Source: Octopus sinensis (Eukaryota). Taken from it: a DNA stretch of 32,461 nt. The stretch lies in NCBI RefSeq assembly GCF_006345805.1, contig NW_021832723.1, positions 1 to 32,461 on the forward strand. Direction: 5' to 3'. The notes beneath the pieces are model-generated. The model had not been told where the DNA came from. It worked only from the letters and a program-made list of their open reading frames with translations, and searched no databases. The position numbers and the translations under genes were made by a program. Positions 1 to 11,265 of the stretch are shown one piece after another. Position 1 is the first letter of the stretch, and the number at the start of each line of letters is the position of its first letter.

Positions 1-1952
1 GGAATAAGTACCGATGGAAATGCCTGGATTTATTCCAACAAAACAAATGGTAAAAATTTCATAAGTGATTTATCAGGTCTTATTTCTGCTACGGCTAGTT
101 TTGGATTAATCAATATGTGGGACATTGATATAGGATTGGGACTTATTGACAAGTTCTTTTACGCTGACGAAGATGAAGTGAAAGTAAAGTCACTTAAATG
201 TATTTCTTTAGGCTGGGGCATATCTTGCATGCGGTATTATATGCTCTGGTCAAGCACACGAATGTGAACCCCCTATTGCATTGTTGAGTCCAATTACCAA
301 AGAAGACAACTCTATAACTCGCCCTGCCTCTATAATGGCGTATATTACGTGGTTAAAACGTTTTTCAGTTTGGGAATTGCATACGCTGGAACTAATAACG
401 AAGTGGTACTGAACGTATTGAAAAATGCTCTCGTCACTCCTCCATTATCGCCCGCCGTTTTTTATTTAGATATATAATTTTAGATTGTCGGATATACACT
501 TTATTCAATTGGATTGGTGGCTGTTGGGACAAAAGATTTTTCCCTTGTTGAAAAAATGGCCAATGGAATTAAAGCAATTCCACAAGAACAATGGGAAAAT
601 GAGTTTGGACTGGTTTATGCATTTCTTGGAATGGGATTTGTCCAATTAGGTTTTTTGTTCCGTATATTTTTTAAAGGGCAGAATAATTTTTGTGAGCAAG
701 AAGATGTGAAAAACCTCATTGCTTCTAACTTTGAGGGTTCATTTTCTCAACTTGGCATATCTATACTTGAAATGTTTTACGAAGATGGTAGTTTAAACCT
801 ATAACATGTCTTAGAAAATGGATTGGCTTCTGCTGTAGATAATCTATTGTCTTCGATCGGAGTAAATATTGATTCTTACTTGGTTTCTTTTTTTCCTTAT
901 TTCCAGCAAGCAATGTGTGATCAGACAAGAGAAAAGGCAAGCTGGGCAAATGATTTAGTGATTTACAAAAATGGTTATTATTTTCTCATTTATTTTTCTT
1001 CTATTAGGCATTGAAGTAATATCCCTTGCAGTAAAGTGTTGTAATGATGATATATCAGTATCTATGATGACTCGTATTCTTGACCATATTGTATATTTCT
1101 TGATAATTATTATACATTTTTTAACCTTACATCTAAAATATATTTTTAATATAGATGAGATTTGGGGAAGCCGGAGAAAAAAGAGCTGTACCATTAGCAT
1201 TGTCTCTTCTTTATGTTTCTAATCCGAGTGTCGCGATAATTGAAACTCTTGCCAAATATTCTCATGATATTGATCAGGATGTGGTCCTTTCTTCAATAAT
1301 TGCTATGGGGATCGTCGGAGCTGGTGAAATATTTGTGATTTACTGATTTATATAGGAACTAATAATGCTCGATTGAGTTCCCAGTTAAAGAATTTAGCTA
1401 GTCACTGTGGTTCTCCAAAGAATAATAACTATTTATTTGCTGTTCGAATTGCCCAATGCTTTTTATTTATGGGTAAAGGAACGCTCAGTCTGTCTCCCTT
1501 TGTGTGTGACAGATTTATTTGCAAGAAGGCTGTACTGGTGGCTGTAATTGGTTTTCTAATAAGTTTTCTTGATTCTTCTAAAAGTAATTAATTTTTAAAA
1601 ATATTTTTTAGTTATTTTGGGAAATTATACTCATCATATTTATATGATTGTCCCTGCGATATCCTCTCGGATGCTAGTGACATATGACGAAAATTTGGAG
1701 CCACTTACAGTTTCTGTCAGAGTTGGTCAGGTTTATAGAATTCTGTTCTTACGTTATATTTTTTAGGCTGTTGACTTGGCTGGACAAACAGGAACCAAGC
1801 GCTCGATAACAGGATTTCAAACTCACAATACTCCTGTTTTGTTGGCTCATGGACAGAGGGCAGAGTTAGTTACTGATGAATATATTCCATTGACACCATA
1901 TCTTGAGGGAGTGGTCATTCTTAAAAGAAATCCTGACTATGTCTCACGTTAG
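1..1952 (+). CDS. PSMD2: 26S proteasome regulatory subunit RPN1, 3' part (5' end outside window), 12 introns
   Basis: Spliced translation gives [98 protein letters not shown], matching the RPN1/PSMD2 C-terminal half. GT-AG introns at 50-76, 184-211, 340-368, 457-483, 650-676, 788-814, 862-906, 974-1007, 1091-1154, 1324-1355, 1584-1611, 1731-1766. Stop TAG at 1950-1952. Confidence 0.95.
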
Positions 1953-2369
1953 ATTTTTGTCTTTGATTTCATTACTATAACAAGGCATTGTTGATATTCC
2001 ACTTGTTTCACTAGATACTAAAAAATTAAAGCTAAATTATGTATACTATCGCGATCACCAATTTTGATTTTGCCACTTTCGTGTTTGATAGAGATCTAGG
2101 AAAGTTATTCCGATATTTTGACGACGATAATTCAATATGCAATCTGTCCAGGCCATTAAAGGGTCTCATGAAACACTTTTGAAATGAATTTTTAATTAGA
2201 GTTCCCTTTTAAAGTTCAATAATAAAATCGTAGAGTATTGTATAACTTGTCTGCCTTGAGCTTTTTTTATTTTTTAGCACAAATTATGAAATTTTTGATA
2301 ATTTATAATCTCAATCATATCTAATTCGTTTTTCCAATGTATCTGTTTTTTTCTAAAAATTTATAGCAG

Positions 2370-3950
2370 TTGCTATGATCTACTTATTGGAAAAACAACG
2401 ATTCAATCGTCAACTGGAGTTCAACAGGATGACTTCTCGAACCACTACTATTTATTTGGGAGCCAATCAGATTTTTTTCAATGTTATTTCTCCGATGAAC
2501 ATCTGGTATCTCGACGACATAATTTTTGGGGGCCCATCAGACCAGGTGATTAAAGACATAGATTGGATTTCAACAGAAAAAAGTTGGTCACTCAATTAAC
2601 CCGCAAAATTTTGAAATCACCAAGTTAAACGCCAGTCAAGCTGATCTTGGGTCTATCCTCAATGAGCTTAATAGACACCTTTAGAACGTTCAAATAATTT
2701 GCAAGGAAGATCTAGATATTAAAATCCACGATCCGGGATTTTTGGAAAAAATTTTTCCGTCTTGGAATTACTTTAAATCGTCTTGCTTTACTAGAGGTAC
2801 ACGACGGACTGTTTCTCATAAAAAAATATATATTTCTGCCTAAGCTAATGTATGTTATACGCGCTGCTCCATGCTTCCAATACAATCTGAATTATCCTAA
2901 CTTGAATTAATGTTCGAGTTTGTTCGAAAGTATTTGCAACATCTACTTCGACAATATATCCTGGAAGCAAGCTATCCTCCCCGTCCGATTTGGAGGAATC
3001 GTTTTACGTTTACATACGGATGTTGCTTTACCTACGTATTCGTTCTCCCGAACTATGTGTGCTCTCTTGTTGACATTGTTTTCCTTATTCTTTCGAACGT
3101 AAAAAGTCTGCTTGGTTGCACATGGGTCTCAAAATTTGGCAAAACAGAGGAGCCGAGGTTTCGGTTCTCACTTCTTCTCAGAAGCACTGGGATAAAATTT
3201 TTGGTAAGTCCCTTTACGGATCTCTGGAATCTTTTTTGAACTAGAACCAACTTGCTGTTTAAGAAACGCTGACCAGTCACAATCTAAGGCCTGGCTTAAT
3301 GCCTTCCCACTGTCGTCGGTTGGCTGGAAGTTTGATAACGAGAGTTAACGTGTGGTTTATGTCTATGTTTGAAAATATGCTCTCCACACCCATGCAAATG
3401 TGAATCGACTATGAATGAACTGGGCAGACATGCTTTTTCTTGCATGCGCAAACCGGGTGTTTCCCAACACATAAAGCACTCAACAAAATCTTAAGAACGG
3501 CTTAGACTCCGCGGGCATTCCAACTCAATTAGAAACCCGTAAAGATGGAAAACGCCCAGTACGTTCTTCCCTTTTTGAAGGGTAAATGTCTAGCATGGGA
3601 CTGTGCATGTACCTACACTTTTTTGTAGTTTAATTTTGTTAACTCTGCCTTTGATCAGGGGATCAGCAGCACGAGCATACGAAAAATCAAAACTAACTAA
3701 AACCAAAAACTTAGCAAAGACTTAATCGTTCAGCCGATAGTCGTGAATGTTTCTAAAATTTTTTGACCATCTAATCTCTGTTTCGTCAGACGGATTGGTT
3801 TGTTTATCTCTGTGCAAAAAAGATCCCCGTGAGATTCAACGGCTGTTTCATTAATTAGGTGATGTCGCACCGCAAAACAATTGAGTTACAATTGCTCCGA
3901 AAGATAGAAAATAACTTTTCTTTTGGAGCTATTGTATTAAATAAACCATA
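2370..3950 (+). mobile_element. Degenerate CRE-like (RLE-type) non-LTR retrotransposon, RT 3' part plus endonuclease
   Basis: Broken frames contain IQSSTGVQQDD, NIWYLDDIIFGGP (RT YLDD), WKQAILPVRFGG..DVALP, SKAWLNAFP, a Cys/His knuckle remnant (CSPHPCKC..GRHAFSC) and KDGKRP..KGKCLAWDC (RLE PD motif). Many stops and deletions; boundaries approximate. Confidence 0.75.
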
Positions 3951-4514
3951 TTCTATTCTATAGAAAATAAAATACTTTGAGATAGCCAGCTGGTCTCGCG
4001 ACGGTCATTGGTCTCGGTAGATATCCGTGATCAGTCTCTGAAAGCAGTCAACGATGATAGGTATCATGGCAGAGATAATCATCAAAAGAGCGGATACCAA
4101 TGTCCCGTAAAGGATAGATAACCAGGTTTGAATTTAATATTCACCAGCGACTAGAGGGTCTAAGAAACTAGATTATCAAGACGAGATAGGTGTTCTTGCT
4201 CAAGAAAGCAGGGTGTACCGAGTTGAAGTTAAAAGAAGCAGCCATATTATGTAGCATGAGACGGAAAGGTCAACCAAAATGCACAAAACAATGCCCCGTA
4301 ACTAATTGAAAAGTTGGGACGTGTTCTAAACCATACTCGTGTTTAATATCATTGTCAACCAGGGGGATATGACGCATTGAGGAAAAGACCGGGTTTAGGA
4401 TTGATAACAAGAGATGAAAGGGGTAAAGAGATCTACTTTTTGAGGAAGAAAAATAACTATGATAAAGCTTAAGAGTTTATAAATTAAAACTGAAGCTTAA
4501 GAACTCCTAGAAGA

Positions 4515-4693
4515 GAATTCGTCCAACCCGGAAGTACTGCAATACCGGGAGGAAGCGTAATATGGAGGAAGCAAGCTTCACAAAAAACACCGACGTACAA
4601 AAATAAGCTTGCCCCGTGTAAGGGCGTTCCAGGTATAAATCCAGAAAGAACAGATACTACACGTTGATCTTAGCCAAAAGGCCAAGAAGCGAC
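4515..4693 (-). ncRNA. RNU2: U2 spliceosomal snRNA
   Basis: Minus strand reads GTCGCTTCTTGGCCTTTTGGCTAAGATCAACGTGTAGTATCTGTTC, followed by stem IIa, stem IIb (GCCC..GGGC), Sm site ATTTTTG, GAAGCTTGCTTC and stem-loop IV CCCGGT-ATTGCAGTAC-TTCCGGG. The 3' end is approximate. Confidence 0.95.
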
Positions 4694-4754
4694 AATTAAA
4701 AGAAGAAAAAAGAAGAATAATATATATTACATTTCATTAATTCACAAAACATGT

Positions 4755-5400
4755 AACAGGAATAATTAGAAGGTTGCCAAATTTCATTGATCAAATAACA
4801 AACCTGTTGACATTCCAGAATCCTACTATCCAATCTCTCTTTGGTGCACAGGCTCGCTAAAATCCTCAAAAGACTAATTTTTTATGAATATCCGATTCCT
4901 TACAACTTCCCACACTAACATTATTTTATATCATTTCACTCAACAACTATTCACTTGACAACACTTTCGCAATTTGTCCTGAGCAGCATTAATGAGAAGA
5001 ATCTTAGCTTCTATTAGCATCTCTCGAACTTTTGACAACTTCCTCGATGTGGACTCGCCAACAAAATTCTAAAGACTGGCCTAAACTCTGATCACAAATT
5101 CTGGTTTGCAAACTTTTTATTGGATCGCATAAGTTACGTCTCCCCTATAGACTATTGTTCTAAACAACGTTATTTTCCAAACGGGGTACTGCAGAATTCC
5201 ACACTGTCTCTGACCCTGTTTAACCTTTATTTGCACAACTTTCTGGGCAACGATCCAAACAACTTGACAACATCATTATTGCATTAAAATACAAAGACTA
5301 CAAAGCCGCTTCCTTCAAAATTCAGCCACAACTATACTTCGTTGAGAATTGGCTTCTCGAAAACAGGTTCGGGGCTTCGTCCTTCAAGTTCTCAAGAGAC
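4755..5400 (+). mobile_element. Degenerate LINE reverse transcriptase fragment (APE-type, I/Jockey-like group)
   Basis: Fragments KPVDIPESYYPISL, ILASISISRTFD, LANKILKTGL..KFWFANFLLDRISYV, NGVLQNSTLSLTLFNLYLH match decayed RT motifs (RPISL, IDISKAFD, GVPQGSVLSPTLFN). Confidence 0.7.
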
Positions 5401-6099
5401 GATAGGTGTAAAAAGATACTAAAGATGGGTTTAAATCAGGAAGCGACGTGTACTTCCTTCAGCCGTCTTGAGTATAATCTTTTTCATATTATACAACATT
5501 TCAAACGCACATTCATTATATATTTCATTCGCAGGTGTTTTCTCTACAAAAATATCACGTGGTTGTTTCTAATTTACGTCATCTATTTTAGTGTACGTGT
5601 AGTCAGAAAATCTAATCCTCAATTTGATCAAAATATTCAATTGCGTTATTGTCTCCTCGTTATAAAATTGAATTTGCTCTTCACATGGAATCCACTGGCA
5701 TCCTTAAAACAATTTTATATAGTTTTTTCGGCGACTTTATTACAACCAAAATAGGTAAATAAATCTCTTTTTTAGATGTTAAATTTGTATATATGATTCA
5801 TGAATGCCTACCCACATTCAATTTTTAAAGAATTTCATTAAAATTTCCGATTTTAGTGAAGGAATTTTTAGAAATCGACTCCTAAGAATTAATTAAGGCT
5901 ATTTGGCTTTTATTTAATTTTAGAACGTTTAGAGACCCTCTGGAAATTTTTTTTCTTCGAAGGAGTCAAGAAAATTGAGGAAATTCGATTTAAGCTAAGA
6001 GTCTTGTTTTCATCAATGAAAGTTAAAATTCTTAGCTTTTCCTCAAAAGATGACCGAGCCCACTTCCGCATGGTTAATAAATGTAGAAATTATTTTATT

Positions 6100-6430
6100 T
6101 ATTTTTGCGTACCGGCATATCTATCGTCTCTCAAGGTAAGCCATTTGACACGGCAAGTCCTTCATCACACTATTCGACTTTGCTAGAATAAGTCATTTGA
6201 TGAAGTTTGTCGGAAATGAAACAGCACAACGAAACAAAAAAATTGTCTGCTACAAAAATTTGGAAGACCTTGGTGTTTGGTGTCAGCTACAAGTTGAAGG
6301 AGTGGAGCATGGCTTGATGCAATACCTTGTCCAAACCTCGGGCCTTTTTGACGACGATTCTTTGAGGATTAAAATGGGACAAAGGCTAGGACTAAAAGTT
6401 TGCCAGGTGCACCTATGGCGATGCGGGAAA
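6100..6430 (+). mobile_element. Short second CRE-like non-LTR fragment
   Basis: PAYLSSL, then GAWLDAIPCPNLG/(frameshift)LFDDDSLRIKMGQRLGLKVCQVHLWRCG, typical of the region before the CCHC knuckle in CRE-type elements. Confidence 0.65.
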
Positions 6431-6637
6431 ACCAAGAATTATCAACATTTTTTTTAGATTTTCATAGATAGGTATTCAAAACAGTTTTCGTATTAAGAAT
6501 TTTATAGACACCAATAAATTTATTTGAAATTATTGTTTTTTAATTTTTAAAATCTTTCAATTTAATTTTAGAAATTTTTTAAAAATAATATTATAAATAT
6601 TTCAAGCAACACGTGTGGTGTAGTGTAATTTTCTCTT

Positions 6638-7252
6638 ATGAGAATCTATAAGTGTTTCTTCTGTTCATCGAATATATACCCTGGTCATGGAACAATTTAT
6701 GTCAGAAATGATTGCAAAGTTTTGGGAAACAAAAATAAATTGATAGGTTTTCCGATTTTGCAGATCAAAGTGTCGTAAATCCTTCAATTTAAAAAGGAAT
6801 CCTCGAAAGATCAAATGGACTAAAACGTTCAGGAAATCTCGTGGAAAAGATCTTTCAATCGACCCTGTTTTCGAATTCGAGAAGAAACGTGACATGGCAG
6901 TAAAATATGATCCAAATCTGTGGAGTCAAGTCGGTAATACGTAACAGGATTTTTTACTTTTAGTTAAAACTATTAAACAAGTCGACGAAATAAAAGTCAG
7001 GCGTATGACTAAGCATATCAAAGAAAAGTATGCTTAATGTTCTACTATAGACTTTCTGCTTCGAGGAAGATAGAGATTGCTAGAGAAGCAAAGGAAGTCA
7101 AACATGATATTCATTTGTTGCGCCTACCTGAAGGTTTTATTTGTTTGTTTATCTTGAATGTAGTTAAGAAAGAGACTGACTTGATGGAAGACATCGTTGA
7201 AGTTATTGAAGAGCCAATGGAAATTGAGCCAGTTGAAATTGAGCTAGAGTAG
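6638..7252 (+). CDS. RSL24D1: Ribosome biogenesis protein RLP24 (RPL24-like), 4 introns
   Basis: [27 protein letters not shown]|[37 protein letters not shown]..|..[11 protein letters not shown]. Introns at 6719-6746, 6934-6963, 7028-7050, 7134-7163. Stop TAG at 7250-7252. Confidence 0.95.
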
Positions 7253-7533
7253 ACTGATTTTTTAAATAAATTCATTTATTTTTTTTGAGTTTTAGAATAA
7301 AAAAATCCCAAATTCTAGGCTATAAATTTGAATATCTATGAAACATTTATCAATTGCGTTTTTTTCTCTGGATCTTAATTGGAATTTGATTCAGGAAAGA
7401 ATCGTACATATAAATAAGGGGATTAAATTCGGAGCAATATATTATTACCCCTTCAATTTATCTTTAATTTTTCTAAACGTCCAGTTTGATATTTGCTATT
7501 TTATAATATAACTAATTTTTCAGCAATTTTGTT

Positions 7534-9140
7534 TTAAATAATGTAGTATCTGGTGAAAAAATAAAATTTAGCCATTTATTAATTAAAACCAAAACATTTA
7601 ATTCGATACATGATTCAATAAAACCTGATATTTTCGTGATATTCATAATTCCTATCATTTTCTACGCCTTCTTTTATAAAAAATTGTGATACAAAATAGG
7701 TGACAATTAAATCGCTTAGTCCAATAGCCTAAAATATAATTAAAAATAACCTGTATTAAACTAAAAATCGCAGTAAAATAAAAATAGTAATTAGTGTTCA
7801 TAGACATGGTAACTGTGAAGGCATACCGCACAAAAATAATGATGATCGGAATTGAAAAGTTGGACACAATTAAGATTAGAATTTGAGGATATCCACGGAA
7901 TAAGTGGAAAAGAACTGGAATAAGAGCGTTTCCAACCAGGAGATTACTGACAGTCGATATAGGATTTATAACACCAAAAGATACACTATAATCACCAACA
8001 AAGTAAAGGGACTGCCACTATAATTATATCATGGCAAAATGTGACCTCATTGATAAAGTCAAAGTAGAAGCCATCGCCAAAACATTAATGGGCACAAAAC
8101 ACTCCCAAATAGATTTATAAAAAGGCATGGTCAAATATGAATATGACCAAAAAAGAGAAAGAGATGACTGGGTTTCTTTCAAGTAAAATCTAATAATCAG
8201 GGCCATGAAAATTAGTTACATGTATGATATAGCTGAATCTACAAAATCAAAAGAACCTTCGAGGAAATATGACATCAATAACAATCCACAGTATAGCAAA
8301 ATGCAGGATAGAATTATTTTTAGAATTGGTTCCATCAGGTTTCCAGTCATTTTCTAAATGAAATGGAACGCAAAAAACTTTGCAAATAACAAAGGCCGGA
8401 AAAATAAAGGCAAGACTGTATATATTTTCATAAATACAAAGCGTCATAAAAACTGTAGCAAGTACAAATTTTCCTACAATATAACCATAAAATAACCTTC
8501 TAATGTACAAAATATGAAGATGCTAAAAACAAGTTATATATAACACCGAAACCACGGAATGCACAGCTGAGAATAGCAACAGGGTTAAGAATATAACTGA
8601 AATAAAAGGATTCAATGGTTACAAAAATAAGGCGATATCACACTTCCATTGCACATCTTCCAATGTAGTGGAGTATTGAATTTCAAAGTCTTTATGTTTG
8701 TTGACATTCTGAGACTATTGTAGATAATGAAAACAAAGAATAACCATAAGAATAGACATTTTAAGAACAACTTGATGCAAAAGAAAACCAATAAGAACAT
8801 CTAAGAACTAAAAGTGATTCCATAAACAATACAGCAATGAAGATGGCTAAATTGTCTTCAGATAATAATTGATCAGCAAATGCCACCAATCGGACCATAA
8901 TCGGCGTCTAAAAATATGTTAAGTTTAGATACCCCATGATATATATTTCCCAGATAAGGAGAGAGTCCATTCTTGTATAAGAAAACGGCTTCTATTACTA
9001 AAATAAAATTGAATTGTATTACATGAAGACCTAGAATCAAAAGAGTTCGAAAAATCATTGTCGTTATATACGTTAATAGATGGAATATATTTTATTAAAT
9101 AAAGTCGCAAAATAAATCCAATTAAAAGTTCAAAAATCAT
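7534..9140 (-). CDS. PIGU: GPI transamidase subunit PIG-U (GAB1/CDC91L1), 10-11 introns, two apparent 1-nt frameshifts
   Basis: Spliced motifs LIEAVFLYKNGLSPYLGNIYHG|TP, YILNPVAILSC, YENIYSL..FP, SLSLFWSY, INPISTVSN, SMNTNYYFY, QAIGLSDL align collinearly with recalled human PIGU (GVSPYSG..HETP, YLLNPYTILSC, PNIGLFWYF, PTVGD, SANSNFFY, QILLISDY). The last exon/stop (7534) is uncertain. Confidence 0.85.
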
Positions 9141-9399
9141 TATCCTTGTTGCCAATAAGATAAAACAACAACAAGGAGAACGGTACACAAATTCTGAATA
9201 TTTAAATAGTTATTATTTAAGTAAAAATAAATTTCAAAAAGAGGTGATGTTAAAAGAAAGAAAATATAACATTCCAAACAAAATTCCCTGTAGTTTAATT
9301 TAGAAAGATCTTAGAAAATAAATTTAGCGGATTCAAAATGGATAAAGATAATTTTTAGTTAACAATTATTACTTTGTGAAAGCTATTTTACTTATACAG

Positions 9400-9950
9400 C
9401 TCATTAATAGTCCATTTTTATGACTGTTGTTTAACAAAGTGACCCTTTCATCATATGTTCCTCGCTTTGATTATTGACAGTGTAACTGAAATCGTCGACG
9501 CGCTGGTGAATGCATAATATTTTTTTTTCAATCCGAAGCTCCTCAGGCATCATAGTCAAAAAAATTTCTAAAATCTTTAGTGTTCTGCGGATCTCAGACT
9601 GTCTATGAACACGAAATACAGAACCCATATCCTCTGAAAATTCAAACCTCTTTTCTTTAAGAAAATCAGCCAGACTGCGTATATCCCTTCTGCCGACGTT
9701 GTACGCGCTGCATTGTGATTGAATGTCGTTTTACCAAGGTCATATCAAAATGAGAGTGGTTCTCTCAATTCAGGTCGCTAACTTTTTGTGCGAATGCGTA
9801 CGTGTCAAAAGAGAGGGGCTGCAGGGGACCGAAAAAAACACAATTTCACATTTGGCTCTGTTCTTCCTCTTGTCTCAGATAGACATGTATCGTTTTTTCA
9901 GGTCGAACGTTATTTCAGCCACATCTACTCCCTTTGCTGCGACTAACGGC
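9400..9950 (-). mobile_element. Possible decayed pogo/Tigger-like DDE transposase remnant
   Basis: GC-richer segment with broken frames including FAQKV..KRHSITMQRVQ (CENP-B HTH-like) and ERVTLL..NG. The resemblance is weak. Confidence 0.3.
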
Positions 9951-10198
9951 GTCGAGCTGGGCAAAAATGAATACATATATACCTCCAACCACTCACACTG
10001 CAGCACTAGAGGTAACAATCAAAATTTATCTGGGTTTAAAAAGACCTGGATAGGTAGTGTAGTCTGTAGTAATAATAATTCGATACTAGCGCTGGTTGCA
10101 ATCTCTGAAAACTAATTTAAACAATTAAGTTTTTGAAAACTGACTAATCCCTATTTATAAAGATAATGGAATAATTCAGTTAAAAAAATATCAACAAA

Positions 10199-11265
10199 TT
10201 ATTTATTTTTAAACTTTCGCTTATTTGAACGAGCTTTTAATTTTTGTACCTTCTTTTCTTGTAATTCTTTATATTTTTTATTACTCCTTAAAAATAAACA
10301 AAATTTTACAAACTTTCTGTATTCTTCAGTTTCCAACAACTCTTCGACAATAGTCCCCTTACGTTGTTTACGCGTGAGACGTGAGGAATAAAAATCGCAA
10401 GGATTATCCACAACCGTTCCAAACTAGCGTAAATAATGATTTAAAATATACTTGAAAATATTTTGGATGTTCTTTCCTATCACTTCCCTTGTAAAAATGC
10501 GTAGGATCGGAAATTGCTTTTCGGTATTTTATAATATTCAGATCCGCCTCAACCTCGTCTGTTACATTTGTGGCCGGCAGGTCAAACCATCCTTTACCTC
10601 GTGTACTCTGTCTCTGAGCCTACAGAATGCATATACAAAAATTTAATTTAAAAAATTGTATTCGAAAATTAAAACCTTTCGAATTCTTTTCGCTTCTCTA
10701 GTTTTCAGAATATAAGGGGCTACACATTCTTGTTTTTCGAAACCATCTACAAATACACTTTTCTTCATAATCTGACAAAAATTTAGATTGAAAGGTAACC
10801 TCATCGACAGAACGGAAATTGTATGTTTTACGTATCTTACCCATGTCCGAATTTAATGGATTAAAAACTACGTATGAGTTATTTTCTAAAAAATCATCTT
10901 CGATTCTAATTAGAGTATATTAAAAGATTTATACTCGAGACGATTGACAATTTGATTAAATTTAGGTAATTTTGGATCAAATTCATTTTTGACTGTTCCA
11001 ATATTTAAAATGGAATCGAAGCAATTTTCATCAACTTTTAGCCATTCTGAAGAAAAAGGGTCATTCTTCGGTTTATCTTTATGTTTATCAATGTTTAGAA
11101 TGTTGACAAAACTATTTTCATATTGATCAGATTCAGCCACAAATAAATTATTACCTAATATAAGGATTACTATTTTTTCGTTATACCACTAATATCCAAT
11201 GAGGATTTTGATTTATTGTCTTCTATCCGTTTGATATAATAGTTTTTACAGTTTATTTCTTCCAT
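10199..11265 (-). CDS. DNTTIP2: Fcf2-domain pre-rRNA processing protein (DNTTIP2/TdIF2), 6 introns
   Basis: Spliced translation includes IMKKSVFVDGFEK..RGKGWFDLPA..DLNIIKYR..FYKGSD..PKYFQ|FGTVVDNPCDFYSSRLTRKQRKGTIVEELL..NKKYKEL. Proposed ATG at 11263-11265, stop at 10199-10201. Confidence 0.9.

Noticed and set aside
4515-4693. U2-targeting retrotransposon (Utopia/Keno type) insertion
   Set aside because: U2 is continuous from the 5' end to stem-loop IV, and no element interrupts it.
6616-6625. TGGTGTAGTG resembling a tRNA A-box
   Set aside because: There is no cloverleaf or B-box; it sits just upstream of the RSL24D1 start.
9723-10115. 130-aa plus-strand ORF
   Set aside because: It has no recognisable motif or intron structure and overlaps probable TE debris on the opposite strand. 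ORF 5425-5754 was set aside for the same lack of support.
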